Part shown: positions 60,201 to 64,000 of the stretch, piece by piece
Position numbering within the stretch: the first letter of the stretch is position 1
Layout: every line of letters begins with the position of its first letter
Origin: Cyanophora paradoxa CCMP329
Lineage: Eukaryota > Plantae > Glaucophyta
Reading direction: 5' to 3'
DNA: 64,000 nt
Assembly (NCBI GenBank): GCA_004431415.1
Contig: QPMI01000164.1
Span: 62,001 to 126,000 of the forward strand
The notes under the pieces: model-generated
Database searches by the model: none
Told to the model about the DNA's origin: nothing
Seen by the model: only the letters and a program-made list of their open reading frames with translations
Translations under genes and position numbers: made by a program

Positions 60201-63200
60201 ATGGCAAGCGTGCAGCTCTTCTGCATCAGCATTCCCGGGAACGTGCTCGAGCTTGACGGCGTGGTGCTCAACGACCACCACGTCCTCCGCCGCATCAACC
60301 TGTACTCGCTGTGCGACGAGGACTGCGTCGTGAAGCTGCGCTCCGACTTCGGCGACCGCGTTATCTTCCAGCTGCACAACGAGAACCTGCACGATGGGGA
60401 GGATGCGCTCGGAGGCGTGCGGTCGTCGGCCTCCATGCGGCGCTCCCAGAGCGACGACGGCCTCGCCGCCCGCGCGCGCGAGGACGACGCGTCGAGCACC
60501 GAGTCGGAGGAGTTCAACGAGGTCGCCCCGCCGCCCCGCCCGCCGCCTTCGCCGGCCGACGCCGCCCCGCAGCTCTTCAACCTGGTGGACGTGGTGACGG
60601 AGGTCCACGTGCCGGCGCGCGGCTCGGCCTCCTTCGTCTTCAACTTCCGCGCCGACCGCACGCTCGGCGACCCGCGCGACCCCGCCGCCCTCCTCGTCGT
60701 CCGCCGCCCCGCCCGCCCCGCCCGCCCCGGCCCCGCGGTTGCCGACGCCTGGAGCGCAGGGGGCGGCCGGGGCCGGGGCGGCGCAGCTGGAGGACAGGGA
60801 GGGCGGGGAGGCGGCGCAGGCGCTGGCGCTGCGGCGGACGTACGCGACGCGGCGGATGGCGGGGCGCCTCTTCCTCGACGGGAGCGCCGCGCACGGGGCG
60901 CAGCAGCAGTCGGTGCTGGAGGTGCGCGTCGAGGGCTGCCGCTCCGTCCTGCGCGCGGAGCCGGCGGAGCTGGTCTTCGACGAGTGCGTGCCGGGCTCGA
61001 CGTACGTGAAGGACCTCACTGTGCTCAACGCCTCGGAGCTCCCCACGCGTTTCATCCTCCGGCCCCCGCCCCGCGGTCCCTTCGAGTTCACTGACTACTC
61101 CTCCGGCCTCCCAAGTCCGCCCCCCCGCCCTCGTCCGGGCCCCGCGCCCCGCCACTCACCGCCCTCCCGCAGTGAGCCGGGGGCCGGTGGAGCTGAAGGG
61201 GTACGACCGCGTGAGCATCCGCGTTACGTTCCGGCCGCGGGCCGTCGGATCGCTGCACCTCCCCCTCGACGTGCGCCGCGCCGCGCCCGCCCTTGCCCCC
61301 GGCGGAGCGCGGGTCGAGCGGTCGACTCGGGCAGATCGAGAACGTGCGGGACGAGGCGAACACGATCAACATGACCATCGTCGCCTACGTCGCCCCGCCC
61401 CAAGTCCGATCGGTCCGCCCCGGCGCGCGCGCCCCGCCCCGTTCTGCCCGGGCCGACGGGGCTGCAGGACGGCCTCCTCGTGACGTTCCCGGGGGGCGGG
61501 GCCCTCGACTTCGGCGATTGCTACGCCGGCCTTCCCAGCCGCCAGGCCCGCCCCCGCCCCGCGCCCCCGCCCCGCGCCCACCGTTCCGCTGGCGCTCACG
61601 GCGGAGCGGGGCGGGCGTGCGTGCAGGTGCTGACGGTGACGAACGTGACTCGGGAGACACTGGAGATCCACGTGGCCGTGGAGCGGGACCGGGGCGAGCA
61701 GCCGGCCGCCCAGCGCGGCACCCTCATCTTCGACACCCACACCGACGCCGAGCAGGCCCGCCCGCGCGCCACCCCGCCCGCGCGCGCCCCCTTGGCTCGG
61801 TTCCCCCCGCTGACGGGCGTCGGGCGAGGCAGGACGAGGCGGCGGCGCCCCCGCACCCGTTCGACGCGGACGCCGACGATGACTCAGACGGGGACGAGGC
61901 CGGCCCCGGCGGGAACGAGCCCCGGACCCAGCGGCCGCGCCTCGGCACCGGCACCGACGACGCCGCCGGCTCCCGCGCCCGCTCCCCGCCCGGCGAGGGC
62001 CGCGACTCGACGGGCGGCGCGCTCCCGCCGGGCGGCAACGCGAGCGACGGGGAGGCGGGGCCGGGGAGGAGGGCGGGCGGGCCCGGACTCGCCGGGCCCG
62101 CCGGGCGGGGCGCGGGAGGAGGCCGAGGAGGGCGGCCTCGGGGGCGAGGAGAGCGAGGCCGAGGAGCGGCGGCCGCGGCGGCGGGGCGGCAAGGCGGCCA
62201 AGGGCCAGGGGCGGGAGCGGGAGCGGGGCGAGGAGCTGACCCTCGCCCCGGGCCAGCAGCGGCGCGTCGTCGTCTGGTACTACCCCCCCACCGAGGCCGA
62301 CCTCCCGGAGCTCAAGGCCCGCCCCGCCCCGCCCCGCCAGGCCCCGCCCTCTCCTTCTCCTCCTCTCTCTGAGCCCCGGCGCAGAGCGGGCGCCCGGCGA
62401 AGGTGGCGCTCCGGGTGTCGCTGCGGGGCTGGGCGGCGGCGCCGGGGGCGGCGGGGCGGCACCACCGCTCGCTCTCGCAGGTGGAGCCCGTGACGTCCAA
62501 GGCGGTGCAGGTCAAGGCGAGCGTGACGGCCTCGCTCGTCCGCGTCTTCCCCGCCCTCCTCAACTTTGGCGACTGCAACATCGGCTCCCGCAAGGCACGC
62601 CCGCCCGCCCGCCCCGCCCCGCCGGCCCTGCTCCGCCCGGCCCCGCCCGGCGCCGCTGACGGGGCCTCTCTTCTCTCTCGCGCGCGCGCAGACGGCGAAG
62701 CTGCAGGTGCAGAACCTCTCGGACCTGCCGACCTCCATCGCCGTCCGCTACGACTCCAAGGTCGTCAGGCGCGCTCCCCCCGGCCCCCCGGGCCCCCGCC
62801 CCACCCCGCCCCGCCCCGCCCCGCTGCCTCAGAGCGAGCGAGCGGGCGGGCGGGGCGCAGCGTGACGCCGCTGGAGCTGGCGATCGGGCCGCGGCAGCTT
62901 GGCGAGCTCGACGTCGCCTTCTGCCCGCTCCGCGTCAACCCCAACTACCGCAAGCAGATCAAGGCCCGCCCCCAGCATTTCGCCCCGCCCCTGGCCCCGG
63001 GCTGAGGCGGGGGCGCGCGCGCAGGTGGTGAACCAGCGGAACCGGCGGGAGCACCACATCGTGGAGGTGGCGGCGAACAACATGGACGCGCACCGCGTGA
63101 CCTTCCACTCCCTCTTCTACAAGCTCATCACCCCCACCGCCTCCAATGCCATCGTCTTCGGTGACTCCGTCGTCAACTTCCCCGCCGTCCGCCCCGCCCC

Positions 63201-64000
63201 GCCCCGCCCAGCCCCGCCCCTCCTTCGCCTCGCTCAGCCCCGCGCCGCGCCCTCAGATGCGGAGCGTGCGGGTCAAGAACATCACGGCGGGCCCGCTGGC
63301 GCTCAAGTTCGAGCCCTCGGACCCGGGCGAGCTCTCCGTCTACCGCGAGGGCGCCCAGCGCCCCGCCTTCGCCCTCTCCCACGCCGCCTCCTCCGCCCTC
63401 GCCCCCGCCGCCTCCGCCGCCTCCCTCGCCTCCCTCGCCGGCGGCCTCCTCTCGGGCAGCTCCAGCGCCGGGGGGCCCCTCTCGGCCCTCCTCGAGTCCA
63501 TTACGGAGAACCCCGAGCGCCGCTTCTCGCTGCGGGGCGGGCGCCCCGCCGCCCCCGCCTCGCTCGTGCTGCCCCCCACGAACGCCCCCGCCGCCTCGCC
63601 GGCCGGCGGCGCGGCGGGCTCGCCTGCCTCGGGGACGTCGGCGGCGCCGAGCACGCCTCGGGGCCCCCGCAAGCGCTCCGCCTCGCCCTCGTGGCGCAAG
63701 ACCGCATCCGTGTCGGACATGAGCCGCCTCCTCGCCGCGCCGCGCCCGTTGCAGCCGAGCGGCTCGTCGCCGGCGGCGGCCGCCGCCGCCGCGCTGCGCA
63801 GCTTCCTGGACGGCGACGCCGACGTGGAGGGCGACGAGGCGACTCGGCGGCCGCCGCCGCCGGCGCCGGCGGGCGGGGCCGCAGCTCGAGCCCGGCCGCC
63901 GCCGCGGCGCCCTCGCCCTACTGGGGCCCCGGCGACCCGGCGGGGCTGGGGCTCGCCCCCCGCGGGGCGCTCCCCTCGGCGCCGAGCGTGGCGTCGGTGT
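60201..64000 (+). CDS. Large protein with tandem ASH/PapD-like Ig-fold repeats, 3' end outside the window
   Basis: Repeated motifs LVFDECVPGSTYVKDLTVLN, LDFGDCYAG...VLTVTN, LLNFGDCNIG...KLQVQNLSDLP, IVFGDSVVN...VRVKN, each followed by L.P.....V.F.P-type strands; many short introns. Confidence 0.65.

Noticed and set aside
1-64000. Hundreds of long Arg/Pro/Gly/Ala-rich ORFs in the six-frame track
   Set aside because: Stop-codon scarcity in very GC-rich DNA; they are antisense or off-frame to the spliced genes.

Overview
GC-rich, intron-dense eukaryotic nuclear DNA, most likely from a glaucophyte alga such as Cyanophora. This is an inference from a spliced class A penicillin-binding protein gene, several transit peptides with an early Phe, and a two-helix LHC-like gene. 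Real genes are split by ~55-100 nt introns, so most long ORFs in the supplied track are GC artefacts. Bases ~4.5-25.3 kb hold a tandem array of four paralogous minus-strand genes (variable N-terminus, Cys cluster, TPRs, E/R coiled coil, 0-2 CCCH fingers, atypical RING-H2), arranged as a duplicated ~10.3 kb pair with mosaic segments. Bases 25.5-64 kb hold compact, mostly head-to-head genes: RUS/DUF647, SLC35B-type transporter, TMEM181-like, UBP1/TIA1-like plus two pseudogene copies in a 3.0 kb tandem duplication that also carries a hidden spliced QGMK-repeat gene, a Tat-signal lumenal protein, a C2 protein, SEP/HLIP, CK2-beta, PBP1A and a large Ig-like repeat protein. The most striking unexplained signal is that many small indels between paralogous copies follow one rule, X -> X-revcomp(X)-X with X a 3-mer (6-bp micro inverted triplications). 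Also notable are the frequent GC-AG introns with a C-rich 5' / G-rich 3' architecture and a structured ncRNA candidate near 34.5 kb. All gene models were spliced by eye, so boundaries are approximate.
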